From NCBI GenBank assembly GCA_002839435.1, contig PGYA01000020.1:8312-72311 (forward strand): a stretch of 64,000 nt of DNA. The letters are read 5' to 3'. The first letter of the stretch is position 1. Every line of letters starts with the position of its first letter. Of the stretch, positions 42,221 to 51,802 are shown in pieces. Position numbers and translations under genes: made by a program. The notes beneath the pieces are model-generated. The model ran no database searches and was not told the origin of the DNA. It worked only from the letters and a program-made list of their open reading frames with translations. The DNA comes from Candidatus Riflebacteria bacterium HGW-Riflebacteria-2. Lineage in GTDB: Bacteria; Muiribacteriota; Ozemobacteria; Ozemobacterales; Ozemobacteraceae.

Positions 42221-43276
42221 TTATTTTACGATGAGACGGGAGCTGGCTACTTTTATTGAATTGAGCGCGAAAAGCTCTTCGACTTTTGCCGATTCTTTTT
42301 TGTGCAGATAGATGGCGCGTCGCGGTGCCAGGCTGTGTTCCTGCTGTATTTTTTCGAGCTGAAAAAAGAAGCCGTTGTTTTTAAGCAGGTTGAGGGCACG
42401 CAGCAGGTCGGTCGGCGTTTTGAATCTGACCAGCTGCAATTCGGTGCTCTGCTGGACTTTTCGGTAAACAATCTCGTTTTCGACGAAAACCTGGGTGAAA
42501 TCTTGTTTTGCGCCGGCTTTGAGCATCTCGTTCGCGCTGGTTACGTAAAATCCGCCTGGCTCGAGCACCTTAAAAAAGCGGCGCGCCATCTTTTCCTTGT
42601 TACTTTCATCGAAATAAATCATGGTGTTGCGGCAGAAAATTATGTTGTAGCTGCGGGCCGGCCAGCTGTCAAGCAGGTTCAAAAGCTCAAAAGAACAATA
42701 TTTGCGATACTCCGGCAGCACCTGCCAGTTGTTGTGTGAGTGCTTCGAAAAATATCTCGCCAGCATCTTTTCGCTCAGCAGTTTGAGCTCGTTTGTGCCA
42801 TATATTGCCGAACGCGCGCGTTCGATGGCATCGCTCGAAATGTCGCTGCCGGTCAGCTGAATATTGAGCTTCTGCGCATCTGGCAACGCATCGAGAATAC
42901 TGAAAAGAATCGAATATAGCTCGGCGCCGATCGAACAACCGGCCGACCAGATGCGTAACCGGTTATCGCCGGTCTGGCGAGAACTCTCAAGCAGCGTGGG
43001 CAATATATGTTCGCGCAAAATCTTGAAGTGCTCGGGGTGCCGAAAAAACCAGGTTTCGTTGGTAGTAAGGCAGTTCAGCAGCTCAATACGCAGTTGAAGA
43101 TCTTTTTTTGCCTTGCTGACTATGTCAGAAAGCGTGCTGCAGCCAAAATCCCGCAATATCGGCTCAACCCGGTTCTCGACAAAAGAATATCGCGCCGTTG
43201 GAAAGCTCAACCCGTATTCCCGGTTGAGGTACAGGCAAAAATCACTGATTTCTCTTGCGCTGAAGCGATTACTCAT
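42221..43276 (-). CDS. CheR-type SAM-dependent protein methyltransferase with extra C-terminal domain
   Basis: 351 aa. Motifs TNETWFFRHPEHF, LRIWSAGCSIGAELYS and IIFCRNTMIYFD. About 80 additional C-terminal residues belong to no family I recognise. Confidence 0.8.
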   Translation of the reverse strand: MSNRFSAREISDFCLYLNREYGLSFPTARYSFVENRVEPILRDFGCSTLSDIVSKAKKDLQLRIELLNCLTTNETWFFRHPEHFKILREHILPTLLESSRQTGDNRLRIWSAGCSIGAELYSILFSILDALPDAQKLNIQLTGSDISSDAIERARSAIYGTNELKLLSEKMLARYFSKHSHNNWQVLPEYRKYCSFELLNLLDSWPARSYNIIFCRNTMIYFDESNKEKMARRFFKVLEPGGFYVTSANEMLKAGAKQDFTQVFVENEIVYRKVQQSTELQLVRFKTPTDLLRALNLLKNNGFFFQLEKIQQEHSLAPRRAIYLHKKESAKVEELFALNSIKVASSRLIVK

Positions 43277-43288
43277 CTTGCTTACTTC

Positions 43289-43498
43289 TTAGAACGACTT
43301 GGTGCTGCGTGGAAAAACCCTTCCAGAAATTATCTGCCAGGTCGGCCGCATCTGCCCGCGAATTTCGGCGTCGCATTGCTTACACACGAGCCGTTCGGTG
43401 TTCTGAAACTTGAGATAACTTACGTTCTCGATATCGAATTGCTTTATCTGAAGGCACAGCGGACATCTGTCTTCCATAATATCTCCGTTGAGTGCCAT
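43289..43498 (-). CDS. Small four-Cys (zinc-ribbon-like) protein
   Basis: Trimmed to Met30 (MALNGDIMEDRCPLC...CKQC) to avoid overlapping the upstream gene. The CxxC...CxxC pairs are the only support. Confidence 0.35.
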   Translation of the reverse strand: MALNGDIMEDRCPLCLQIKQFDIENVSYLKFQNTERLVCKQCDAEIRGQMRPTWQIISGRVFPRSTKSF

Positions 43499-43529
43499 TT
43501 TAGCACAGTTCTCGCCAGGGTTCAATACC

Positions 43530-45860
43530 TCAGAACCCGTTATATTCTTCTTCACTCGCAGCGGTGTCTTTCCACGAGATGACAATATGAGCTGTCAACT
43601 CGTATTTATTGCCGGTCAGGCCCATGTGGGGCAGGCTGGGGTCATAGATCTTGCGCCGGGTGGGAGGAATATAATAACTGGCGTCGATGCGATGAACATC
43701 GTGCGTGCGCAGGTTTATCTCAGATCCGAAAACGCGATGAACGAAATGGTTGGTTTCAGAATGACGCCGACCGACATTGTTATTTACGCAGCCGATTTTG
43801 TTGTAATACTTAACGACGTCAGGGCCGGCATAGAATATGGTGTCGCGCTCGCCGCACGAAATGAACATTGCATTAGTGGTTAACTCAGGATAATAAAGAA
43901 AATCGTCGGGATCGTCATCTATGACATTAGGGTTGAAATTTTGAGCGTTGCCGTTGCCCGGAACTCCCATCTTGTCGCGAAGTCCTGAAAGCAGTTTGTA
44001 TACACCGTAAGAGCCGCTCTGGGCGAAGGTGCTCGGCGCGCCGCGTTCGCCGCTTGCTGCTATCTCGTAATTATCGGCATAGCCTTTCCAGACTTCGCGA
44101 CAGACATTATCAAAATCGTCAAAATTGAGGTTGCCATCTGTGTGCAGGTCTTTAAGCTTCTGCTTCAGCGTGTCTTCTGTCGGAGTGCTGTTCGCAGCAT
44201 CAGTGCCTTCTATCGGGTAGTCAGTAAAAAACTGGTCTATAGCTTCTTCAAATTCTGTACTGCCAGATTTAAAATTGATCGTGCCATTGCGGTTACGGTC
44301 GAGGCAGTTGTCCTTGGCATTTGCTTCTGAACCCATTGCGCTTGCCAGCTTGTATTTCATGAAAGGGTAGATCTCGTTCTCAAAGCAATCGACCGGGCTG
44401 CGGTAATCATAGACGATGCGTTCCTGTGCTACTACTGTCGCTGCTACATGGTGTCTGAAAGTAGCCCCTGGCTCTGCATCTTCAATGAAACGCTCCTTTA
44501 TGTGATCCGCGTAGTCCATCGCGGTCATGGCGTTTTCGCCAGGTTTGTAGTCCTGTGCCATACCATAATAATCTGCGAAGCTTGCCGTTGCGTTGCCGGC
44601 CTGATTGAAGTCGCCAGCCATGAAAACATTGCCGTCGCTGACTATATGAATGTCTTTGGGCGGATTTCCCTTAACTACAATGTGCTTTTCTGAGTATACG
44701 ACACCATTGAAGTTATTGGGCAGGCTTACGTTTCCCTGACGAAGGTTGCTGCCGAAATCAAGAAACACTGCATTCAACTTGGTCGAACCGTCTTCAGTCC
44801 AGCCTGTCGGCATATGGTATTTGATGCTTTTGTTGCTGCTGTCACTGGCGCCAAAGAAAAGTCCGCCAGCCTTGGCATCGCTTTTGTATTTGGCGAAAGG
44901 AGGATCAGAAAGAGGCATCGACATTTTTTCATTGCGGTCTTTGATCCATGGTTTGAGTTCATCTGGCAGTGCTGGCGTTGTGCTGGCAATCTCAGCAGGC
45001 ATTTCGCCACTTTTGCGTGCCTCGGGACTGCTGAAAGTGCCGCCTGTCGGAAATACTGTATTCGTGGGTATCGTGGCTGTCTTTGCCGGCAGGCCACGGC
45101 GCGCTCTGAACTGTGCTTTTATCGGGCTGTAGATGAAAATTCCGCCGGCACCACTGATAATGGCATTCATGTCGTTGAGTTCCTGGGTAGTGCCAAGCGA
45201 GGTCGGATTGTGCGCCGAAAGCATGATGCGTCCGATCTCTATGCCCTCGTGCCCATAAAGATGCCCGGTTGAGAAGACATTTGTGTTTGTGAGTCCTGGC
45301 AGACCGTAAACCATCGAGAGCACTTTACCGTCATACATCAGAAACTCACGGGCGGGGTATCTGCGGTTGATAACCGCATCGACGCGGCGTATCGCCGTGT
45401 CGTATCTGCCGAGCGATTCAATTCTTACATAGCTGTGACTTTCGTCGATAGTGGTCGTTTCTGGATCGTCAGCGTATGGAATAACACCGACCCTGACGCG
45501 AAAAGTGCCATCGCCGATTTTGCCGCTGTAGGTCCCGGAAGTCGCCGCGTTGATCTTGAGGCCATGCCCGCTCAGGTCCTGCATCATATGCTCGCGGTTT
45601 TCTGTCGCCAGCCAGGTGAAGTCCTTGGTAAGCTTGTGGGTGGCGAAAGCAGAGTTCTTGGTAAGTTCGGCGAGAGCCAGTTCCAGGCCGGCTTCGGCTA
45701 TGGCCAGAGCTTTGACACGCCGGCTTTCCTGAATAATTGTCTGGGTGCGGTAGCTTGAGAAGGTATAAATGGCGACTATAATGAACAGCATGACTGTCCC
45801 CATGCCAATAGCGGTTATGATTGCAGAACCATGGCGAGACTTCATGTTATTGCCTTTCAT
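43530..45860 (-). CDS. Giant GspK/PilX-like minor pseudopilin (possible tip protein)
   Basis: 776 aa. The N-terminus MKSRHGSAIITAIGMGTVMLFIIVAIYTF...ALAIAEAGLELALAEL is pseudopilin-like and lacks Glu+5, as in GspK/PilX. The remaining roughly 700 aa match no family I recognise. It overlaps the upstream pseudopilin gene by 4 nt. Confidence 0.6.
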   Translation of the reverse strand: MKGNNMKSRHGSAIITAIGMGTVMLFIIVAIYTFSSYRTQTIIQESRRVKALAIAEAGLELALAELTKNSAFATHKLTKDFTWLATENREHMMQDLSGHGLKINAATSGTYSGKIGDGTFRVRVGVIPYADDPETTTIDESHSYVRIESLGRYDTAIRRVDAVINRRYPAREFLMYDGKVLSMVYGLPGLTNTNVFSTGHLYGHEGIEIGRIMLSAHNPTSLGTTQELNDMNAIISGAGGIFIYSPIKAQFRARRGLPAKTATIPTNTVFPTGGTFSSPEARKSGEMPAEIASTTPALPDELKPWIKDRNEKMSMPLSDPPFAKYKSDAKAGGLFFGASDSSNKSIKYHMPTGWTEDGSTKLNAVFLDFGSNLRQGNVSLPNNFNGVVYSEKHIVVKGNPPKDIHIVSDGNVFMAGDFNQAGNATASFADYYGMAQDYKPGENAMTAMDYADHIKERFIEDAEPGATFRHHVAATVVAQERIVYDYRSPVDCFENEIYPFMKYKLASAMGSEANAKDNCLDRNRNGTINFKSGSTEFEEAIDQFFTDYPIEGTDAANSTPTEDTLKQKLKDLHTDGNLNFDDFDNVCREVWKGYADNYEIAASGERGAPSTFAQSGSYGVYKLLSGLRDKMGVPGNGNAQNFNPNVIDDDPDDFLYYPELTTNAMFISCGERDTIFYAGPDVVKYYNKIGCVNNNVGRRHSETNHFVHRVFGSEINLRTHDVHRIDASYYIPPTRRKIYDPSLPHMGLTGNKYELTAHIVISWKDTAASEEEYNGF

Positions 45861-46504
45861 TCGGGATTCGCTCCTCTCTCTTTTACCGAAATCGTTATCT
45901 CATTTGAATATTTTTTGCTTTCGTCTTCGGCGTCGGTGCGGGTCAGCTTGAGCCTGATATAGACGTTGCCTCCTCCTGAGGTATTAGCGTCATTAAGCCG
46001 GTAAAAAACGCATTCCCTTATTCCGCGCATGATCGTAAAGACTGTTGCCAGAGAATTTTCGGGCTGTTTTTTGTTGTTATAAGGCAGCATGCTGCGCTGT
46101 AGAGTCCATGTGCTGTCTGGATCCTGGTCGTCTTCGGGTTCAAGGTAATAGGTGATTTCGTTTTTGGTATAGTTTACCTCACCGGCCGCCAGCGAAGTCG
46201 GGTCTTTGGTATAGTCGTAGAGATATTTTTCAAATTTGAGCTTGTTTTCTTTACTGGTACTTAGGGTGCTGACTTCCATGCGCTCGATGGTGGCCGGGTA
46301 CCCTGGAACTATGACATTCGATTCCCTTATATCGTCAGTTATACGCAGAAGCGTGCGGTCGAGGTCGTCATTGATGGAATGGTTGGCTATGATCTCGGTC
46401 GCCGTTCGCCGGCTCGTTGAAAAGGCTTGAAACAGAGCGGTAAACAGGATGGACATGATTATCAATCCTATCATGAGCTCGACAACTGTTACGCCTCTGC
46501 GCAT
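45857..46504 (-). CDS. Minor pseudopilin (GspJ/PilW-like)
   Basis: 215 aa. Prepilin motif MRRG|VTVVELMIGLIIMSIL with Glu+5. Confidence 0.7.
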   Translation of the reverse strand: MRRGVTVVELMIGLIIMSILFTALFQAFSTSRRTATEIIANHSINDDLDRTLLRITDDIRESNVIVPGYPATIERMEVSTLSTSKENKLKFEKYLYDYTKDPTSLAAGEVNYTKNEITYYLEPEDDQDPDSTWTLQRSMLPYNNKKQPENSLATVFTIMRGIRECVFYRLNDANTSGGGNVYIRLKLTRTDAEDESKKYSNEITISVKERGANPE

Positions 46505-46505
46505 G

Positions 46506-46976
46506 TCATTCCCTTCTTGTGATCGCGGTAGATATTTTGAGCTGATGATCGCGTTGATCTTTGCTCTTATAATTGATGGTAAAGTGAAATGCCAGCGCTA
46601 CCAACTTCGTGTTGGCACCATCGTGCTTGCCTTTTATCGGTTCTATGCTGGTCTCTTCCGGGTCAATATTATAGACGATGTCGTTTACTATGTGTTTGCG
46701 ATATTCATCATCGTTTTTCAGCTTCCATTCAAAAGTCTGTTTCTGCATGTTGGGATTAGAGTTGTATTGATCGGCCTCAATCATGTCGAATTGGAACGAA
46801 CGGCAGAGTTCCTGCACCTTTTGAGCAATAAAGGCTGCAGACGAGTGATCTCGAGTGGCGGTAACGGTTCTGGTCTGCCCGACGATGACCTGCAGCGAAG
46901 GCACTATGATCAGAGCCAGGAGTATGACACCGATCATGATTTCTATCATCGACATGGCAGCTGTGCTTTTACGCAT
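46506..46976 (-). CDS. Minor pseudopilin (GspH/I-like)
   Basis: 156 aa. The N-terminus is MRKSTAAMSMIEIMIGVILLALI, a prepilin-like hydrophobic helix with Glu. Confidence 0.65.
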   Translation of the reverse strand: MRKSTAAMSMIEIMIGVILLALIIVPSLQVIVGQTRTVTATRDHSSAAFIAQKVQELCRSFQFDMIEADQYNSNPNMQKQTFEWKLKNDDEYRKHIVNDIVYNIDPEETSIEPIKGKHDGANTKLVALAFHFTINYKSKDQRDHQLKISTAITRRE

Positions 46977-46977
46977 A

Positions 46978-48213
46978 TTACTCCGGGTAAATCATGAATT
47001 CGCGTCGTTTCAGATTAAAAGTGGCAATATCAGGCTGCAGCGCTGACCAGGTCTCCATTAGCGGGCGGTTGCTGATAATATTCTGTCTGATTTTTTGACT
47101 GCCGAGCAGCGTGTCGATCGCTTCAGCGGCAGCAGCGTTCGAAAGAGGAATGCGATCTGGATACAGTTCATAAAGACTTTTGAGAATTGCCATTCCGGCA
47201 AGGAACGGGTCGAAGGTCAAGCGGTCGGTTATCACCAGCTCGATACCGGTAGCCTTGCGCTGGGAAAACAGCCCATAATAAGGCTTTTCGGCGGCGGTGA
47301 TGAATCGCACCCCCGGCAGGCGGTGGCGTTCGAGTCGCTGTGCCAGCATCTCACCGTCGATCCAGGGTGCCAGCACGTAGTGAAAGGGACGGTTAGTGCC
47401 GACCCCGGTCGAGAACACCCCGATTTCGCCGATAAAGCCGGTTGCGGCATAGAAGGCCGACGTGTCGGGTTCCGGGATATGGTCGGAAGGCGGCACCCAG
47501 TGCAGCCCTGTGTCGTGCCAGCTCATGTTACGTTTGTAGCCTTCCATGCCGATGACGGTTAGACTGGCGCCAAGCCCGTATACCTTGTTGAAATATAAGG
47601 CCAGTTCGCCAATCGTCATGCCATGCAGCAGAGGGATTGGATAAACGCCAAAACGGCTGCGCAGACCGACTTCCAGTACCGGGCCGGCCACTGTAACGGC
47701 GTTGATCGGGTTGGGCCGGTCGAGCACCAGCACCGGTATCGAAGCTTCGCGGGCCAGGTCGAGAAACTGTGCCATCAGGGTCAGATACTTGAAATAGCGT
47801 ATGCCGATATCCTGAAAGTCGATTACCAGAAGATCTGCATCGCCAAAAACATCGACTTTGGGGCGCTTCAGCGGGTCGAGTATTTCGATTACGCGCGCGC
47901 TGGTAAGGGCGTCATAAGCTTCGCCGGGCACTTCCCCGGGAATCGTCTCACGAAAAAAACTGTCGCCGGTTACAATCAATCTAACTTTTGCGGCACGCGC
48001 CAGGCGGTCGATGGTGTGGGTGAGACCGCTGTCTATGGCTGTTCTGGCAGTCAGCAAGGCAAGTTTTTTGCCGCGCACCATCTCGGGGTGTTCGCGCGCC
48101 AGCACATCAATGCCGGTTTTGACCCTCGTCAGAGCCGGTGTTGGCGCCAGCAATAACGCTGCCATCACCAGAAAAATAATTTCTGGTAAAATGATGCGTT
48201 TAATATTTATCAT
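46978..48213 (-). CDS. DUF1343 family protein (NamZ-like exo-beta-N-acetylmuramidase)
   Basis: 411 aa. Motifs GIDVL...KKLALLTARTAIDS, LVIDFQDIGIRYFKYL, VLVLDRPNPI and LLHGMTIGELALYFN. Confidence 0.8.
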   Translation of the reverse strand: MINIKRIILPEIIFLVMAALLLAPTPALTRVKTGIDVLAREHPEMVRGKKLALLTARTAIDSGLTHTIDRLARAAKVRLIVTGDSFFRETIPGEVPGEAYDALTSARVIEILDPLKRPKVDVFGDADLLVIDFQDIGIRYFKYLTLMAQFLDLAREASIPVLVLDRPNPINAVTVAGPVLEVGLRSRFGVYPIPLLHGMTIGELALYFNKVYGLGASLTVIGMEGYKRNMSWHDTGLHWVPPSDHIPEPDTSAFYAATGFIGEIGVFSTGVGTNRPFHYVLAPWIDGEMLAQRLERHRLPGVRFITAAEKPYYGLFSQRKATGIELVITDRLTFDPFLAGMAILKSLYELYPDRIPLSNAAAAEAIDTLLGSQKIRQNIISNRPLMETWSALQPDIATFNLKRREFMIYPE

Positions 48214-48285
48214 ATTCTTATTCTACTTGATATTTCGAACCTCTTCAACTCAGAAGTATCTCTAAGCATCGACAGGAGAAATAGC

Positions 48286-49134
48286 ATGCAGCGTGAACCG
48301 GTAGTGGCCGGCAGATTTTATCAGGGCCGTCCTGAGCAGTTGCGTCAGCAGATCAGGGAATGCTTCGAACATAGCCTGGGCGTCGGTCAGAAGGCTGTTG
48401 CTGTTTCGGGTCGTCTGCTTGGCCTGATTTCGCCGCATGCCGGTTATATGTTCAGCGGGCCGGTTGCATCACATGCCTTCGCCCGCCTGCGTCAGGAAAA
48501 GCCACTGCCGCAGACGATCATTCTGATGGGGCCGAAACACACCCATCATGGCGCCAGATTTTCAGTCAGTGCCGCCGCCAGCTGGAAAACGCCCCTCGGC
48601 GATCTGGCGGTCGATCAGGCTCTCTGCCGTCGCCTTGTCGAAGAAGTGCCTGAGCTCGAATCAGACAACGGGGCACATCTCTACGAGCATTCGCTTGAAG
48701 TTCAGCTGCCCTTTTTGCAATACAGTCTGCCAGACATGCCGAAGATAGTGCCAATCGCCTTCGCTTATGCTTCCTTCGAAGAAATAGAGACAGTAGCGGC
48801 CGCTATCGGCAAGATTGTTGCGACTGAGCCGCCGGGAAGCGTCTGCTATATCTGCAGCTCCGATTTTTCGCACGACACCCCACGCGATGAGGCTTATCGC
48901 CTCGACGCCGAGGTGATTGACCGCATAACCGGCCTCGATGCCCGCGGTTTTTACGATCTGATCGTCGAAGATGATCGCTCTGTTTGTGGCCTGATGCCGA
49001 TAACCGCGTTGCTGGTGATCTTGCAGCGACAAAAAGTTCGCGCCACTCTGCTGAAATACGCGACATCGATGGATGTCATGGAACACGAGCGTGGCGTTGG
49101 CTATGCCGCAATTATATTTGAGGAGCCTGGATGA
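48286..49134 (+). CDS. Memo-like protein (AmmeMemoRadiSam system protein B family)
   Basis: 282 aa. Motifs VAGRFYQGRPEQL, ISPHAGYMFSGPVASHAF and SSDFSH. Confidence 0.85.
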   Translation: MQREPVVAGRFYQGRPEQLRQQIRECFEHSLGVGQKAVAVSGRLLGLISPHAGYMFSGPVASHAFARLRQEKPLPQTIILMGPKHTHHGARFSVSAAASWKTPLGDLAVDQALCRRLVEEVPELESDNGAHLYEHSLEVQLPFLQYSLPDMPKIVPIAFAYASFEEIETVAAAIGKIVATEPPGSVCYICSSDFSHDTPRDEAYRLDAEVIDRITGLDARGFYDLIVEDDRSVCGLMPITALLVILQRQKVRATLLKYATSMDVMEHERGVGYAAIIFEEPG

Positions 49135-49370
49135 CGCCTTTTGAAATAGGCATACTGGCTGGCATGATCTGGGCTTTCGCCCTGGTCGTCTGGACCCTCG
49201 CCGAAATCACGACCGGTGAACCCAGCCCATGGCTGCTGCTGGTCGCCTATATCTACGAAGGCTTCAATTTTACGCCGCGCGGCATTCTGGTTGGTGCCGG
49301 CTGGGCTTTTGCCGACGGCTTCATAACTGGCTTCGTTATAAGCTTTATAATCAACTGGTTTATTGGTTAA
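49131..49370 (+). CDS. Small two/three-TM membrane protein
   Basis: 79 aa and hydrophobic. It overlaps the upstream stop by 4 nt (ATGA). Confidence 0.5.
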   Translation: MTPFEIGILAGMIWAFALVVWTLAEITTGEPSPWLLLVAYIYEGFNFTPRGILVGAGWAFADGFITGFVISFIINWFIG

Positions 49371-50677
49371 AAAGTTACGCTGCCGTAGGCTTCGAGGCGG
49401 CGTTCGCGAAAATAGCCGGAGAGACGGTCGCCGAGCGAAACATAAAAACTGCCATTGGGAAATCTGTAGCTGAGATGAATCGTCGCGCCGGCACCACTGT
49501 CGTATATTGTTTCGTCGCTGCCGAAACGGTAGGAGTTCGCGGTTACGCTGGTGTCAAGGCCCCACCACCAGCTTGCTCCAATGGCCCTTTCCCAGGCCAG
49601 CATCAACTCGGTTCCCTTAAAGTCTGATGGCGCCCAGTAATCGAGCAGGGTATCGTCATTGTATCTTTGTTTTTCGTAGCTGGCCTGATAGACACGCAGG
49701 TTTGCCGTAAGAAATGGCTCTGAGCGTCTGAATATGCTGTGAATCAGCTCGCTGTCCCATCGGCGCCGCGAATTGCCGTCTGAAATGTCTGCCAGAGTAA
49801 TGGTCTGAATGGCGCGGGTTCTCTGGTGCAGGTCGCCGAAGAGGCTGAAAGATTTGAACTCTTCGGCATAGCGGTTGCGCAGGGTGAACAGGTTTTCCTT
49901 GAAGGTCGCCTTGCCGCCTCTGAACGAGGTTTTGAGATTGTCGGTGCCGGCGACAAACTGTGCGCTGTAGCCACCGACGCTGTCGTCATTGGAGAATATT
50001 TCTGGAGCCCAGGTCAGCGACAGGCTGGTGTTGCGGTCAGCTCGATAATCCATGGTTGCTGAGTATATCTGGCTGGTTTCGCGCTGGTTGTTGTCTTCGT
50101 GCGACCAGGCCTCGTAGCGGTAGCGGCCGGTAAGCTTTTTCATCTCGCCAGATGGGAAGACGCCCTCGATTGAAGAGACGATGTCACGAATGCCGCGGTC
50201 ATCTTCGCGAATGGTAGAGCCTAACACCGCCTGGTTCTGAAGATTCATGCGGTATTTCTCGACTTCTTCCTTCAGCTGATCTGAGAGTGGATAGAACTTG
50301 TGAACCACGTCCATGCGGCTGCGCGCCAGATTGAACTCGCCCTTGTGGTAATGTACCATTACCATGCCCTGATTGGCATTCATGTTTTTCGGCTGAATCT
50401 CGAGCGCCATTTCAAAAAAGCGCTGTGCTTCTTCGAGTTTTCCCTGTGACAGGCGCAGTTCTCCGAGCTCGATATAGGCTTCGAGGCGGGTTGGCTCGCG
50501 GGTGAGTTTTTCGATGGCGATATCGCGCTCAATTGCCTGCAGGGCGCGCAGTTCGTGACTCAGCGTATCAGGGCTTTCTTCGCCCGGCACGATAAGGTCG
50601 AACGGCTGCGCGAAAACATTTCCCGCAGTCATCATGAGACCGAGAAACAGAATCAGTTTTAACAGACGTCTGTGCAT
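49367..50677 (-). CDS. Outer-membrane beta-barrel protein with N-terminal TPR region
   Basis: 436 aa with signal peptide MHRRLLKLILFLGLMMTAGNVFA and TPR-like helices. The C-terminal half has alternating beta-strand sequence and ends ...AYGSVTF with a terminal Phe. Confidence 0.6.
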   Translation of the reverse strand: MHRRLLKLILFLGLMMTAGNVFAQPFDLIVPGEESPDTLSHELRALQAIERDIAIEKLTREPTRLEAYIELGELRLSQGKLEEAQRFFEMALEIQPKNMNANQGMVMVHYHKGEFNLARSRMDVVHKFYPLSDQLKEEVEKYRMNLQNQAVLGSTIREDDRGIRDIVSSIEGVFPSGEMKKLTGRYRYEAWSHEDNNQRETSQIYSATMDYRADRNTSLSLTWAPEIFSNDDSVGGYSAQFVAGTDNLKTSFRGGKATFKENLFTLRNRYAEEFKSFSLFGDLHQRTRAIQTITLADISDGNSRRRWDSELIHSIFRRSEPFLTANLRVYQASYEKQRYNDDTLLDYWAPSDFKGTELMLAWERAIGASWWWGLDTSVTANSYRFGSDETIYDSGAGATIHLSYRFPNGSFYVSLGDRLSGYFRERRLEAYGSVTF

Positions 50678-50726
50678 GCATATCTATTATCGGCAAGCCG
50701 TCTGCTTAAATGAACAGATTCGCCGC

Positions 50727-50757
50727 AAACAAAAAGGGCTGCCATTTCGGCAGCCCT
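50727..50757 (-). terminator. Rho-independent terminator
   Basis: On the minus strand, AGGGCTGCC-gaaat-GGCAGCCCT is followed by TTTTTGTTT, about 20 nt after the stop at 50777. Confidence 0.65.
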
Positions 50758-50776
50758 CGTGTTTGCGTTTAAGCGA

Positions 50777-51802
50777 TTATTCGCGTTCGCTTTCTTCTTC
50801 TACTTCAACGTCGCCTTCAGTGTCAACTTCAGTGGCGCCCTTTTCCTTCATTTCTTTGATTCTCTGTTCCATTTTGGCCTTGATTTCATCAAGCTTGGCC
50901 TTGGGAACACTCAGAGCTATCTGAACTGTCGTTGCGCCGGTGCTGATTTTTACCATGTTGAGGATTTCGCCGACTTCAGGAGCCTGAGCGGTGAGCATCT
51001 TGAGCATGGCCAGGAAGCCGTTGAGTGAAGTGGTAACGGTTTCAACATTTTCTTTCTTATCGACTTCGCCGTTGAAATTGAATTCAATGGTATCGCCATG
51101 GTTGAAAGAGAAGAAGAAAAAGTTGAGCGCGGCAAGCGGAGCTGCCTGCGGGTTAGCTTTTAGTTTTTCTTTGAGGTCGGCCGGAATGAGTCCGGCGCCA
51201 CTAACAGAGGCGTTTAGGTCGAGTTTCTGCAGAACTGCGAAGAAGTCCTTGCGAGAAGCTGCGCCTTTGTTGGTGCCTTTTTTGACATCTTTAACAGCGT
51301 TAACACCAAGTTCGGTGCCGAGTACTGCAGTTTTGTCATCGAGGAATATGCCGAATCCATCTTTTTTGTCTCTGGGAACTATGGCATCGAAACCATCGAT
51401 TTTAGTGATTTCAACGTCTTTGCCAGCATTGGGGTCTTTTTTGATGGCTTCCATGATTCTGCTGGAATTGAAAGTTCCGGCCATGATGGCGCCCGCATTC
51501 TGAGCGGGAGCCTTGGGATCGATCTTGCCGGATGTGAAGATAATGATCTGAGAGAGGTTTTCCATCGGATTGAAGCCAGTGTTGGCAACAAATTCATCGA
51601 AAGCCTTTTTCTGTTCCGGTGATTTCTGGAGGTTTTCCATGAGGGATTTTTTGACGTCAGGGTTAGATACGAATTTGCTGATGTTTACCTGAAATACGAA
51701 GTCAGCTTCGCTGGGGATGAGCTTCATCAGATCCTGGGCCATCAGGGCCGAGCCGGTAAAAGCTACCAGCATTACTGCTACCAGTAAAAACTTCTTGAAC
51801 AT
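50777..51802 (-). CDS. Hypothetical secreted protein with acidic C-terminal tail
   Basis: 341 aa with signal peptide MFKKFLLVAVMLVAFTGSALMA. The tail is TEVDTEGDVEVEEESERE, and AGGAG lies upstream of the ATG. Confidence 0.55.
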   Translation of the reverse strand: MFKKFLLVAVMLVAFTGSALMAQDLMKLIPSEADFVFQVNISKFVSNPDVKKSLMENLQKSPEQKKAFDEFVANTGFNPMENLSQIIIFTSGKIDPKAPAQNAGAIMAGTFNSSRIMEAIKKDPNAGKDVEITKIDGFDAIVPRDKKDGFGIFLDDKTAVLGTELGVNAVKDVKKGTNKGAASRKDFFAVLQKLDLNASVSGAGLIPADLKEKLKANPQAAPLAALNFFFFSFNHGDTIEFNFNGEVDKKENVETVTTSLNGFLAMLKMLTAQAPEVGEILNMVKISTGATTVQIALSVPKAKLDEIKAKMEQRIKEMKEKGATEVDTEGDVEVEEESERE

